From the NCBI GenBank assembly GCA_964451305.1, contig CAYVHV010000014.1, positions 345 to 64,344 on the forward strand: a stretch of 64,000 nucleotides of DNA, written 5' to 3'. Below the pieces are notes generated by a model. That model was given only the letters and a program-made list of their open reading frames with translations, made no database searches and was not told the DNA's origin. The number at the start of each line of letters is the position of its first letter. The first letter of the stretch is position 1. The position numbers and the translations under genes are program-made. Below, in pieces: positions 47,662 to 56,805 of the stretch. The stretch comes from an uncultured Acidimicrobiales bacterium. GTDB lineage: Bacteria > Actinomycetota > Acidimicrobiia > Acidimicrobiales > SHLQ01.

Positions 47662-48141
47662 ATGGAATCTAAACCAACGACCGGCGAAGGCGAACCCGAC
47701 GACGCAGCGGAAGCTCCCGACGCTTCAGAGGACTCAACGCCCAAAGGCCCTGCCCTTGAAGAAACCGAATTCTCCAAGGTGTTGGACGAGGCGAAAGAAA
47801 AGAACGACTTCAACATTGTCTGGGAGCCCTTCGTAAACACCCGCTTTCACGTTCCCGTCGAGGCTCGTTCAGGGCCCGACGACACGTCTCCGGTCAAGCC
47901 GCTCGTGAGGACTCGTCCGGATTTCCTCGAGGGTGAACCAACCTTGTTGGTTTCCGAGCACATTCCTCTCCTCGCAGGAAAGAACCAGCACGAGATCGCG
48001 ACGATTGAAATGTTCGGCGTGCAGATCGCAGAGATCTTGCCAGCGACGATCAACATGATCATCCTCGGCCCCAAGGGTGCGTTCGTGGTGCCGAAAGAGA
48101 AGGTTCAGTGGCTCCGCGAGAGTATTCAGCGCCCGGAGTAG
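47662..48141 (+). CDS. Hypothetical protein, SseB N-domain-like
   Basis: GAGGA RBS; F.NTRFHVPV..PLV..IEMFGVQIAE..MIIL..FVVPKEKV pattern. Confidence 0.55.
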   Translation: MESKPTTGEGEPDDAAEAPDASEDSTPKGPALEETEFSKVLDEAKEKNDFNIVWEPFVNTRFHVPVEARSGPDDTSPVKPLVRTRPDFLEGEPTLLVSEHIPLLAGKNQHEIATIEMFGVQIAEILPATINMIILGPKGAFVVPKEKVQWLRESIQRPE

Positions 48142-48177
48142 CGGGCAGCGCAGGCTAGGTCGGGTCGATCGAGGTTG

Positions 48178-48621
48178 TTACGAGTCGGAACCGATGGCGT
48201 CTGCGGCGAGTAGTTCGTTGGTCGTCCGGTGTTGGGCGGGCATCCAGTCGACGTGATCGAGTTCGAATTCGATCACCGCAGGAAATTGCACGTCGTGTAC
48301 GTCGATCGCGAGAAGTGTCATCGTCTCGGCAGCGACCTTCTCTCTCGATGGCCATCGCGCTGGAATGTTCATCCCGGCGAGGTGCTCGTAGCCCTCGACG
48401 ATCTCGTCGAGTCCAAGGCCCGCTGTTGTGGCTCTGGTGCTCGCGGAACTTTCCAAGCGAAGCGTCCCGTCGGGAAGTGTCTTGAGCTGGACGAACTGCA
48501 TTGGGGTCATCGACACGATGCAGTACGCATCGGGTGTTTGTGAGACGTGCGAGATGGCCTCATCGAGGATCTCTAACAGATGCCATGCGCTATCGACTCG
48601 TACCGCCCGCTGACTGAACAT
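48178..48621 (-). CDS. Hypothetical protein, possible TY-Chap (CesT/YbjN-like chaperone) fold
   Basis: FVQL..GTLRLESS..DVHDVQFPAVIEF pattern. Confidence 0.45.
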   Translation of the reverse strand: MFSQRAVRVDSAWHLLEILDEAISHVSQTPDAYCIVSMTPMQFVQLKTLPDGTLRLESSASTRATTAGLGLDEIVEGYEHLAGMNIPARWPSREKVAAETMTLLAIDVHDVQFPAVIEFELDHVDWMPAQHRTTNELLAADAIGSDS

Positions 48622-48783
48622 GCAATGATTCAATCCGCTCAACGCGCCGTGTTCAAGGACCTTCCACAGACATTGAGCAGCTGTTCACATCAGCAATGAC
48701 CCGTCGCTCGCCCGAAGTTTGGTCAGAGTGGGACCGATCTCAGAGCTGGATGCGCTGAACGTCAGGACGTTCGTGGACTTCGA

Positions 48784-49896
48784 TTAGCCGTTCGATATGT
48801 CGATCTCGGCCAATGGGTCACAGGTGTCGAGCATCTCGCTCAACGCAATAACTTCGGACTCGGTAAAGGCGAGTGACCAGCGGTGCTTGATCGATACCCA
48901 GTCGACGCCATATCGGCACCATGCGCTTTCGAGCGGTGGGCGCCAGAGGTCGGGGCCTTGGCTGCCCTTCAACCCATGTAGCTCAGTGCCTACCGCAGCG
49001 AGGGTTGCTGGGAATTCGGTGTCGGTTGCAAAGGCCCGCATCTCAGTAGGACTCCACGCCGAACCTCCGGCTTGATGGGCAGCGAGGAGCGGCACGACGT
49101 GGGAAATGGTGAGATCGTCTGCACTGGTGTACTCGGTGCCGTCGTACGGATCTAGCCATCGACCGGAGATCACGCGACACCCGGATTCATCGAGCACAGG
49201 GTCGTCGAGCGACTCGTCGATCAGCACCTCGTCTCGGTCTGATTGGCAGTCGCCATCTGAGTCGGGCCAAGCGCCGCCCGTGTAGCTGTCTCGGGCGAAA
49301 TCAGCTACGCCGACGAACGACGCCACGACGTCGGCTTCGGCGAGCTGCACAAAGACATCTGCAAGTTCTCGGTCTTCGACCGCGCCGAGGACTTCTACAG
49401 CGATGGTCGTGGTCGTGGGGGTGGTCGTGGTCGGCGCCGTCGTCGATGATTCTGTTGTTGGTGCGGTGGTCGTTGGCACGGTTGTCGTCTGTTCGACGTC
49501 GGTCGTGGTGGTGGCCTCGATTGCGACGTCGACGGTGTCATCGTCGTTACCGATGAACGTGACGGCAAGGACGACCGCACCGATCAATGCCGCGGGAGCG
49601 AGGACACGTCGTTTGAGCGTTCGCGTGGTCGCTGTTCGTTTCGCTCGTGCCTCGAGAGATGCGACCTGTTGCCACAGTTGTTCATCGCGCGACGGGTTGA
49701 GTGAGGCGATGACGACGGGTTCATAGGGTGCGGTGTCGGGAGCGCTCGGTTCAGGCGATGATGGTTCTTCGGTGGTCAGGTTGAACGTAAACGGGCCATC
49801 CTCTGCAGGGTCGACCACATGCTCGGGAGGAGGCGACGGGGTCGGTTCTGCAGGCGGTGGTTCGCCGAAGAGAATTTCGTATTCTTCGGGGGTCAT
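48784..49896 (-). CDS. Membrane-anchored DUF1524/HNH-like protein with Thr-rich stalk
   Basis: One TM, poly-Thr linker, W.DSDGDCQSDRDEVL, SGRWLDPYDG, HVVPL, WCRYGVDWVSIKHRWSL. Confidence 0.8.
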   Translation of the reverse strand: MTPEEYEILFGEPPPAEPTPSPPPEHVVDPAEDGPFTFNLTTEEPSSPEPSAPDTAPYEPVVIASLNPSRDEQLWQQVASLEARAKRTATTRTLKRRVLAPAALIGAVVLAVTFIGNDDDTVDVAIEATTTTDVEQTTTVPTTTAPTTESSTTAPTTTTPTTTTIAVEVLGAVEDRELADVFVQLAEADVVASFVGVADFARDSYTGGAWPDSDGDCQSDRDEVLIDESLDDPVLDESGCRVISGRWLDPYDGTEYTSADDLTISHVVPLLAAHQAGGSAWSPTEMRAFATDTEFPATLAAVGTELHGLKGSQGPDLWRPPLESAWCRYGVDWVSIKHRWSLAFTESEVIALSEMLDTCDPLAEIDISNG

Positions 49897-50012
49897 GACG
49901 CTCCAGCTCTACTGCTCGACGCTGATATCACCCGACTTTGGTATCACATGACATACCGGCGTTATTGGACCATCGTCGGAACATCGAAAGCTCCACGATG
50001 TGATCGGCTCGC

Positions 50013-51056
50013 CTAGAAGCTGCTGATGATTCGAGATGCGATCTTCCCGGCGCGAGCGAGGGCCCCATCGATGTGGCCTGGGTTCACCGGTGAGGTCTCC
50101 GTCGACGCCCAGTGCAGCCGTCCTTCGAGCACGGGCGTATCCCACGCCGGGTGTCCGTACGTCCCGTAGTCGCGGAGCAGCTCGACCAATGGGGGAGATG
50201 TGTGTTTCTCAGCCCTCCAGTCTGCGATATGAACCGATGTCGTCGCAGCGGCCTCCGGACCAAACATCTCGACGAGCTGGGCGGTGACGTCGCTTTCGGT
50301 TGGCGTGGGCGAGTCTGGGCGTGTCATCGGAGCGAATCCGAAGAGCGCTGCTGGTTGGCCCCCGGATCCGCTCATATCGTGCAACTCTCGTAGAGGTCCG
50401 ACATGGCTGATCGCAGCGCCAGCGAAGCCCTGGTCGCGCCAGAACGCCGTTGGGTATGACACGACAACCTTGACGACACTGCCCATCCAGACCGGTGTCT
50501 GTCGAGCGAGCTCACTCAATGCATCGGGTAGCGGCGGGTCGATGCTGATCGAGTGCGCGGCGAGAGCCGGTGGCACGGCAATGACGACATGGTGCGCGTC
50601 GAGCGAGCTGCTGGCCGTCGACACTCTCAACGCCTCAGGGGTCGCGACGATCGCGTCGACGACCGAGCGCACCTGAAGCACTCCATCTGGTAATCGTGCA
50701 GCGAGACGAGTCGCCAACTGTTGGGCTCCGTTACTGAATCGGCCAGCGGGCACGTCGATGGGGTTGCCGTCGATTCGGCGACTGCCCGCAGGGTCGTGAT
50801 AGATCGCGTCCCCGGCGAGGTGTTGTTGATGGGTCTCGATCCCGAGCTCGGAAATGAGCGAGGTGATGTGCTTCTCGTTCGCCCAGAACCACGTAGCACC
50901 AAGATCGAGAGCCCCCGAGTTCTGGTCGACGGATCGGAGCCGGCCCCCAACTCGGTCTCGGGCTTCGAGCACGGCGACGGAACGGCCCGCTGCGTTGAGT
51001 AGTCCCGCGGTTCGTAGGCCAGATACCCCGGCCCCAATGACGATGGCATCGAGCAT
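50013..51056 (-). CDS. Flavin monoamine oxidase family protein
   Basis: IGAGVSGL, EARDRVGGR, DLGATWFW, WASTETS..GHIDGAL. Confidence 0.9.
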   Translation of the reverse strand: MLDAIVIGAGVSGLRTAGLLNAAGRSVAVLEARDRVGGRLRSVDQNSGALDLGATWFWANEKHITSLISELGIETHQQHLAGDAIYHDPAGSRRIDGNPIDVPAGRFSNGAQQLATRLAARLPDGVLQVRSVVDAIVATPEALRVSTASSSLDAHHVVIAVPPALAAHSISIDPPLPDALSELARQTPVWMGSVVKVVVSYPTAFWRDQGFAGAAISHVGPLRELHDMSGSGGQPAALFGFAPMTRPDSPTPTESDVTAQLVEMFGPEAAATTSVHIADWRAEKHTSPPLVELLRDYGTYGHPAWDTPVLEGRLHWASTETSPVNPGHIDGALARAGKIASRIISSF

Positions 51057-51089
51057 GCTTCAGGATAGGTCGGCACTAAGGTTCCTACG

Positions 51090-52013
51090 ATGGAACGACC
51101 GATGGGCTGGCACCGATGTGCGCTGCTCACCGTGAGTACCGGCGTTCTTCTCGCAGCGTGTTCTTCGAGCGGCGCAGTTAGTGATTTCCGTTCGTCGCAG
51201 GACAGGCCAGATGTTGCCTTCATTCGTGATGGGACCCAGCTCGTCATCGATGGTGGGTCAGCTGCTGACCGGCTGGTGTGGGATCTTGCAAACGAATCGC
51301 TCATCGGTAGCCCTACGGTGATCGAATCGATCGAGCCGATCACCGCTGGCGAGGTTTTCGTTGGTGTGTGTTGCGAGCCGACGGCAGGGCGCCAACTCAT
51401 CGTGGATCTCGACGATGGGTCGTTCGAGATCTTTCCGCTGACGGTGCGGTTCCCATCGGTGGGGGAAGGCGAGCGCAGGTCGGTGGTCTCGGGTGGTGCA
51501 ACGATCGCAGCAGATGACCTCGGCGCGTTCCTGGCATACGAAAATGGCGTTGGAGTTGTCGCTCGCGGTTCGCAAATCAGAGACGAGCAAGCGTCGAGGG
51601 TCTTTCGTCCGGTGGCGGTGGTCGAAGAGCGCGTGGTTTTCATCGACGGTAGCGACGACCAGGCTGGAGAATTGGTAGCCACCGACCTCGAAGGTGTGGT
51701 GGTCGCTTCAGCCTCGTTAGAAGGGGTGCGCCTCGTCGACTACGACCCGCTCAATGATGTCGTGGTGGCCATCGTCGGCGGCGAAGAACTCGCGAATGGC
51801 GAGATGGTTCTTCTGCGACCTGAGACGCTGGACGAAATGGGCCGCTGGGATTTGCCTGAGCCGGTCATATCGATCGACGCCAGAGAGGGATGGGCGCTGT
51901 TCACCATGGAGACCGGGTCGGTGACCACGACGCGGCTCCGCGATCTTGGACGTCCCGATGCGATCGAGGTGCTCGTCGACTCTGGAGCGACCGAAGCGAC
52001 GTTTCTGCGGTAG
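51090..52013 (+). CDS. Hypothetical lipoprotein, beta-rich
   Basis: Lipobox LLAAC; VGVCCEP; repeated short beta-strand patterns. Confidence 0.65.
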   Translation: MERPMGWHRCALLTVSTGVLLAACSSSGAVSDFRSSQDRPDVAFIRDGTQLVIDGGSAADRLVWDLANESLIGSPTVIESIEPITAGEVFVGVCCEPTAGRQLIVDLDDGSFEIFPLTVRFPSVGEGERRSVVSGGATIAADDLGAFLAYENGVGVVARGSQIRDEQASRVFRPVAVVEERVVFIDGSDDQAGELVATDLEGVVVASASLEGVRLVDYDPLNDVVVAIVGGEELANGEMVLLRPETLDEMGRWDLPEPVISIDAREGWALFTMETGSVTTTRLRDLGRPDAIEVLVDSGATEATFLR

Positions 52014-52057
52014 CCGCTCGGCACTCTGCCACCGGCACGATCGTCTCGACGGCGTGG

Positions 52058-53452
52058 TTAACGAAGCGTGTCAGCCGTCTGAGTAACCGATTCGAGAAAG
52101 CGATCGATCTGCTCTGTGGTCGTTGGCGCGGACACGGCGAGGCGAATGACATTCTGGCCATCGACGATGGCGTGACCGACCATCGCCAGTTCGTTCTCGT
52201 ATAACGCGTCGCAGATGGCGGGCGGTTCGACGCCATCGACGGTGAAGGTCACGTTGATCGACTCCGGTTGTTTCATGAGTGTGAGCCCGGGGAGCTCTTC
52301 GATCCTCGCCGCCGCGTACGCCGCCATCGCAACCATGTTGTCGATACGAGCTTCGTAACCGTCGTTGCCGAGGTACTTCCAGGCCGCCCATACCTTGAGC
52401 GCATCGTTTCGGCGCCCACACTGCATCGATGTGATGCCCGGGTCGAGCAACGGTTTGCCATCTTGGAAGAGGTAATCGGCGCGCTCAGCAAGGTGCTTTG
52501 CCAAGAGACCGCGGTCTTTGAACAAGCAGACCGATGACGTCAGCGGAACTCCCATCAATTTGTGGGAATCCCACGTGAAACTGTCCACCTCTTCTAGGCC
52601 GGCGAGGAGATGTCGATGCTTTGCGCTCAACAACAGGGAGCCGCCCATCGCGCCGTCGACGTGGACCCACATGCCGTGCTCTCGGGCGATGGCGGTGAGT
52701 TCAGGAATCGAGTCGAACGCGCCGAGCACGGTGGTGCCTGCGGTGAGGTTGACGAAGAACGGCTTGTATCCGTTCGCGAGATCTTTCTCGATCTGAGTTG
52801 CGAAGTCCACCGGATCGATCCGGCCGGCCGAGTTGGTCGCAACCGTCTTGAGGTTGTTGCGTCCAAGGCCGCTCAAAAATGCGTTCTTTCGCACTGAGTA
52901 GTGGCCGAGGTCAGAGGTGTAGGCAATGGGACGTTCAGAGTGTGGTCGACCGTCTTCGGTCTCGGGGAAGTGCTCTTCACGGGCGACGATCATGGCAAGC
53001 ATGTTCGACAGCGAACCGCCGGGGGTGAACGTGCCCTCACCATTTTCGAAACCGGTGAATTCGAGCATCTGGTCCATGACTGTGCGCTCGATCAACACCT
53101 GTGCTCCGGCGACCTTGTAGGTGTACATCGAATTGTTGAGGAACGCCGCAAACATCTCTGCGATCGCGGCGGCTTCGATCCGTCCGCCGAACAGCTGGTT
53201 GAAGAACTGCTCGGTCGAAGTGACCGGCGTTGCCTTGCCCACATCGACGAGTGCATCGACGAGGTCGCCGATAGGAAGGCCAGCGTCAGCGAATTCGAGC
53301 GGGAGCTCCGCCGTTAGCACCTCTGGGTCCGGGGACTTGCGGACTGGTCGAACACGTTCGTGTTCGATGAGTTCTTGGAGCCCATCGAAGAAGGCGGTCC
53401 AGCTCTGTTCAACTTCGTCTTGCGGGTTTGGAGTGTGCTCTTGGCTGCTCAC
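52058..53452 (-). CDS. Group II PLP-dependent decarboxylase, CSAD/GAD-like
   Basis: FFNQLFGG, NNSMYTY, PGGSLSNM, TAGTTVLGAFD, HVDGAMGG, WDSHKLMG, QCGRRND; start approximate. Confidence 0.88.
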   Translation of the reverse strand: MSSQEHTPNPQDEVEQSWTAFFDGLQELIEHERVRPVRKSPDPEVLTAELPLEFADAGLPIGDLVDALVDVGKATPVTSTEQFFNQLFGGRIEAAAIAEMFAAFLNNSMYTYKVAGAQVLIERTVMDQMLEFTGFENGEGTFTPGGSLSNMLAMIVAREEHFPETEDGRPHSERPIAYTSDLGHYSVRKNAFLSGLGRNNLKTVATNSAGRIDPVDFATQIEKDLANGYKPFFVNLTAGTTVLGAFDSIPELTAIAREHGMWVHVDGAMGGSLLLSAKHRHLLAGLEEVDSFTWDSHKLMGVPLTSSVCLFKDRGLLAKHLAERADYLFQDGKPLLDPGITSMQCGRRNDALKVWAAWKYLGNDGYEARIDNMVAMAAYAAARIEELPGLTLMKQPESINVTFTVDGVEPPAICDALYENELAMVGHAIVDGQNVIRLAVSAPTTTEQIDRFLESVTQTADTLR

Positions 53453-53532
53453 CGAGTTCCAATCGTTGTATCGGACTGGTTTGAGGTTATCTCCGGGATA
53501 CCCCACCCAATGGATCACCCGATCGCCGAAGG

Positions 53533-54873
53533 CTAACGATTGTTGATTCGTACGTTCTGGAGTGTGAAGGTCGCATCGATCGGTTGGGGATAGGAAGCGG
53601 GCACGATCGCTTCGCCCAACCATGCTCCCTCGCGTCCAATCTCGGCGGTTCCGGCGAAGGTTCCGCCGACGGCGGTATTGACGATCAACATCATCTCGCC
53701 AGCTCGATGCGGCCCTGAGTCGAACGTGTCGACTCGGCCGGTCACGACGTGGGCGATTTCACCGTCGATGCGCCAAATCAACACGCCCGGCCGACGTTCG
53801 AGCTGAATCTCATGGCTGAATCCAGCGACGGCGGTCGTGGCGGTCGTAGATGTATGGTTCGTTTCCCACCAGTGGGCAGTGGTGTGAATGGTCGGCGGCA
53901 GGCTGCCGTCAGTTTCGAGGATGTCGATCTCGTGATAGTCGGGGGTGTCGAATCCGCTGCAACGTCCCGGTGCTTCGCACGCCTCCGCGTCGAGCAACCA
54001 CATCGCAGGCCAGAGGCCAACGCCTACTGGCAACCTCACGTCTGCGGTGATCGTCGACCAGCCGAAGCTCTCGCTCGAGATCACCATGCCAGACTCGTTT
54101 GGGAGTGCATCGATGCTCGGTGTGCTCGTCTTCGATCGGGTTGAGATGGTGATACCACCGTCGGAAACGCTGACGTTTTGTGCGGTGTAGCTCTGAGCCT
54201 CGCGGTTGCTCCACGCAACCACGTTTCTTGGGGCGCCCGTGATGTCGCTCGCGAGCTGTTGCGGTGGCGCTGACTCTGCGATCAGCCACGAGTCCGCATC
54301 GATGGAGACGGGTTCGCTGGAGTAGTCGAGATCGTCACCGGAAAGCGCGGCAACGGTCTCCTGGCGAACGGCGCGAGCATCGTCACTGATCTGCTGCTCG
54401 CGATGAGACCATCGTTGGAGTACCGCATGCTGGTCGTCGTGCAAGGTAATGACTGTGCCGACGTGGCCGAGCGCGTCTGTACCATTCGACCGTGTGAACG
54501 CCATACCGATCGCCTCGAGGCCGATCGAGACCCGGTCGGCCAAGACGGGCTTCCCGGTGAGATCGAGTTGGTCCATGTCGACAGGGAGTGCGGCGACAGC
54601 GGCGAGCGCCGCCTGGTCGGCAAGCCACGTCAGATCCGTCGTAGCCGGACCGTAGGTAAATCGAGGGGGCTCGGGCGTTGGTTCTGTGGTCGTGGTTGTG
54701 CGTGGCGGCAGGGCTGTCGTGGTTGACGACTCGACGAATGCGAGCGAGTCCTGCGCGCCGTCGTTGCTCGCGGCCGAGCCAGTCGAGTCAGCCGCAGTGC
54801 CCGTCGAACTACACGACGCAGCGAGAAGCGTTATGGCGATGGTGAGGGTCATGAGACGAAGCGAGTTCATCAC
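53533..54873 (-). CDS. GH16 glycoside hydrolase lipoprotein
   Basis: Lipobox LAASC, Ser/Thr linker, ESGMV, GLWPAMWLL, catalytic EIDILE, NTAVGG. Confidence 0.85.
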   Translation of the reverse strand: MMNSLRLMTLTIAITLLAASCSSTGTAADSTGSAASNDGAQDSLAFVESSTTTALPPRTTTTTEPTPEPPRFTYGPATTDLTWLADQAALAAVAALPVDMDQLDLTGKPVLADRVSIGLEAIGMAFTRSNGTDALGHVGTVITLHDDQHAVLQRWSHREQQISDDARAVRQETVAALSGDDLDYSSEPVSIDADSWLIAESAPPQQLASDITGAPRNVVAWSNREAQSYTAQNVSVSDGGITISTRSKTSTPSIDALPNESGMVISSESFGWSTITADVRLPVGVGLWPAMWLLDAEACEAPGRCSGFDTPDYHEIDILETDGSLPPTIHTTAHWWETNHTSTTATTAVAGFSHEIQLERRPGVLIWRIDGEIAHVVTGRVDTFDSGPHRAGEMMLIVNTAVGGTFAGTAEIGREGAWLGEAIVPASYPQPIDATFTLQNVRINNR

Positions 54874-54986
54874 TAGTCATGTCGGCGTCGGAGCGGGGGA
54901 ACTGAACGAACCACTGCTCCGATAGTGGCCGACCACTTGACGGACCTTGGCTACTCCCTCATCCTTGGTCGCGGGAGAGATTCACA

Positions 54987-55673
54987 ATGATTCAGCGGGA
55001 AGTGTCGGTCATCATTCCGGTTTTCAACCGGGAGGCCATCGTGGCCGAAGCTATCGAGAGCGTCTTGAGTCAAGACGATGTCGATGTGCAGGTCGTCGTC
55101 GTCGACGATGGGTCGACCGATCGATCATTCGATGTCGTAAAGGAGATGGCAGCAGGTGACGATCGGATCGTCGTCGATGCACTTGCGGTGAACTCGGGTG
55201 TCTCCGCCGCTCGAAATCGGGCGTTCGAACTCGCCACGTTTCCGGTGATTACCTTTCTCGACAGCGACGACCTGATGGCTCCGGGGCGATTACGAACGCA
55301 ACTCGCCGCACTCGACGACGAGCCTGATGGGATCGTCGTGGGCTGTCAGAAGATCGTTGCTCAAGGGGACGCTGAAATTCCAGAGTCATTGCGTGTCCAT
55401 TCGCAAACGGAGCACGTTCCATATACGACGACCATGTGCGCCACTCGCGAGACGTTCGACCGACTGGGACGCTTCGATGAGAGCTACCGCATCGGTGAAG
55501 ATCTCGAATACCTACTTCGCTCGAATGTCCTGGGGATTCCGATGGTGAAGCTGGAAGAAGACCTCGTCATTCGCCGGGTCTTTGGCGACAACTTGATCGC
55601 CGATCACCAGGGCGTCAAGCGGGGGATGATCCGAGCGGTGCGCAAGCACCAGATCAGACCAGACCAGATCTAG
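54987..55673 (+). CDS. GT2 glycosyltransferase
   Basis: VSVIIPVFN, VVDDGSTD, GVSAARN, FLDSDD, GED. Confidence 0.92.
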   Translation: MIQREVSVIIPVFNREAIVAEAIESVLSQDDVDVQVVVVDDGSTDRSFDVVKEMAAGDDRIVVDALAVNSGVSAARNRAFELATFPVITFLDSDDLMAPGRLRTQLAALDDEPDGIVVGCQKIVAQGDAEIPESLRVHSQTEHVPYTTTMCATRETFDRLGRFDESYRIGEDLEYLLRSNVLGIPMVKLEEDLVIRRVFGDNLIADHQGVKRGMIRAVRKHQIRPDQI

Positions 55674-56805
55674 ACGCTATCCATCGCATTAGTGTCTTCG
55701 CTCGGTCTTCGATGGAAAAGGCCATGGCAGCTTCTCGTGCTTTCCTGCCTCGCTCTTCGCGCCGTTGGGGATCTGAGGCGAGGTCGGCGATCGCTTCGGC
55801 GATCTGATCTGAAGAATCGGGTTCGACGAAGGTCGCGAAGGATGGATCGGCGATTTCGCGCATGAACGGACGGTCCGAGACGATGATCGGCAATCCGACC
55901 GACATCGCTTCGAGCACCGCGTTGGCACATCCCTCGCTGGTCGATGGGAGGACGAAGGCGTCGGCCGAGCGAAGGTACTGCGGGACGTCATGGTGAGGGA
56001 CCCCGCCGCAGAGCTCGAGGCGATCCCCCTGTGGTGGGTGAGGTCCGTTTCCAACGAAGACGCCTGTGACATCTGGAACCATTCCGACAGCGTCGGCGAC
56101 GACCTGCACCCCTTTGACATGTTCATGACGCGCCACGGTGATCGTTCGAAGCGGCGCCCCACGCGACGCGTTGTCGGCGACATCGTGTCGTGGGGGAGCG
56201 GGCGAGAAGAGTTCATGGTCGACGCCATTTCTCGACACGACGACGCGGTCCGAGTCCACGCCGAAGTCTTCGGTGAGCATCGTTGCGAGCACCTCTGACA
56301 CCGCGATGATCCCGGTGAACGAATGCAGGATCTTTCGAATTTCGGCGGTCGAGTGGGAGTACACCCATCCATCGAGGCCCGTATGGTTCTCGCTGATCTC
56401 TACAAACGACGGCCGGTCGAACCGGTCGCCGAGAACGGTTGCGGCGTGGCCGGCGGGCAACAGGAACTGACCGAAGAACCAATCGGGAAGGTCGTGCTTG
56501 TCGACAGCAGCTTCGGCCGCACGTATCCAACCCTGTTGACTGAACTTGCGGCGTTTCTGAGCGAACGGTGCTGCCACTCCGGGGGAGAAGTACCCAGGTC
56601 GACGAACCGCCAAACCTCGCTCGTTGCCGCTGCGTTCGACCGTGATTGGATACCTAGTGGGAGCAATGACGCTCACTCGAGAGCCTTGTGCTTGCACCTG
56701 TGACCAGAGCGTGTGCACGAACGCGCCGAGTTCTGGCGCACCTGAGCGTGGGAAGTCGGCGGTGAGAACCGATACGTGCGCGTTCGGCGAATCGATGTCG
56801 GTCAT
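55654..56805 (-). CDS. GT4 glycosyltransferase
   Basis: IIAVS, NGVD, HVKG, ADAFVLPSTSEGCANAVLEAMSVGLP; ATGA overlap with the upstream GT2. Confidence 0.9.
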   Translation of the reverse strand: MTDIDSPNAHVSVLTADFPRSGAPELGAFVHTLWSQVQAQGSRVSVIAPTRYPITVERSGNERGLAVRRPGYFSPGVAAPFAQKRRKFSQQGWIRAAEAAVDKHDLPDWFFGQFLLPAGHAATVLGDRFDRPSFVEISENHTGLDGWVYSHSTAEIRKILHSFTGIIAVSEVLATMLTEDFGVDSDRVVVSRNGVDHELFSPAPPRHDVADNASRGAPLRTITVARHEHVKGVQVVADAVGMVPDVTGVFVGNGPHPPQGDRLELCGGVPHHDVPQYLRSADAFVLPSTSEGCANAVLEAMSVGLPIIVSDRPFMREIADPSFATFVEPDSSDQIAEAIADLASDPQRREERGRKAREAAMAFSIEDRAKTLMRWIASRSGLV

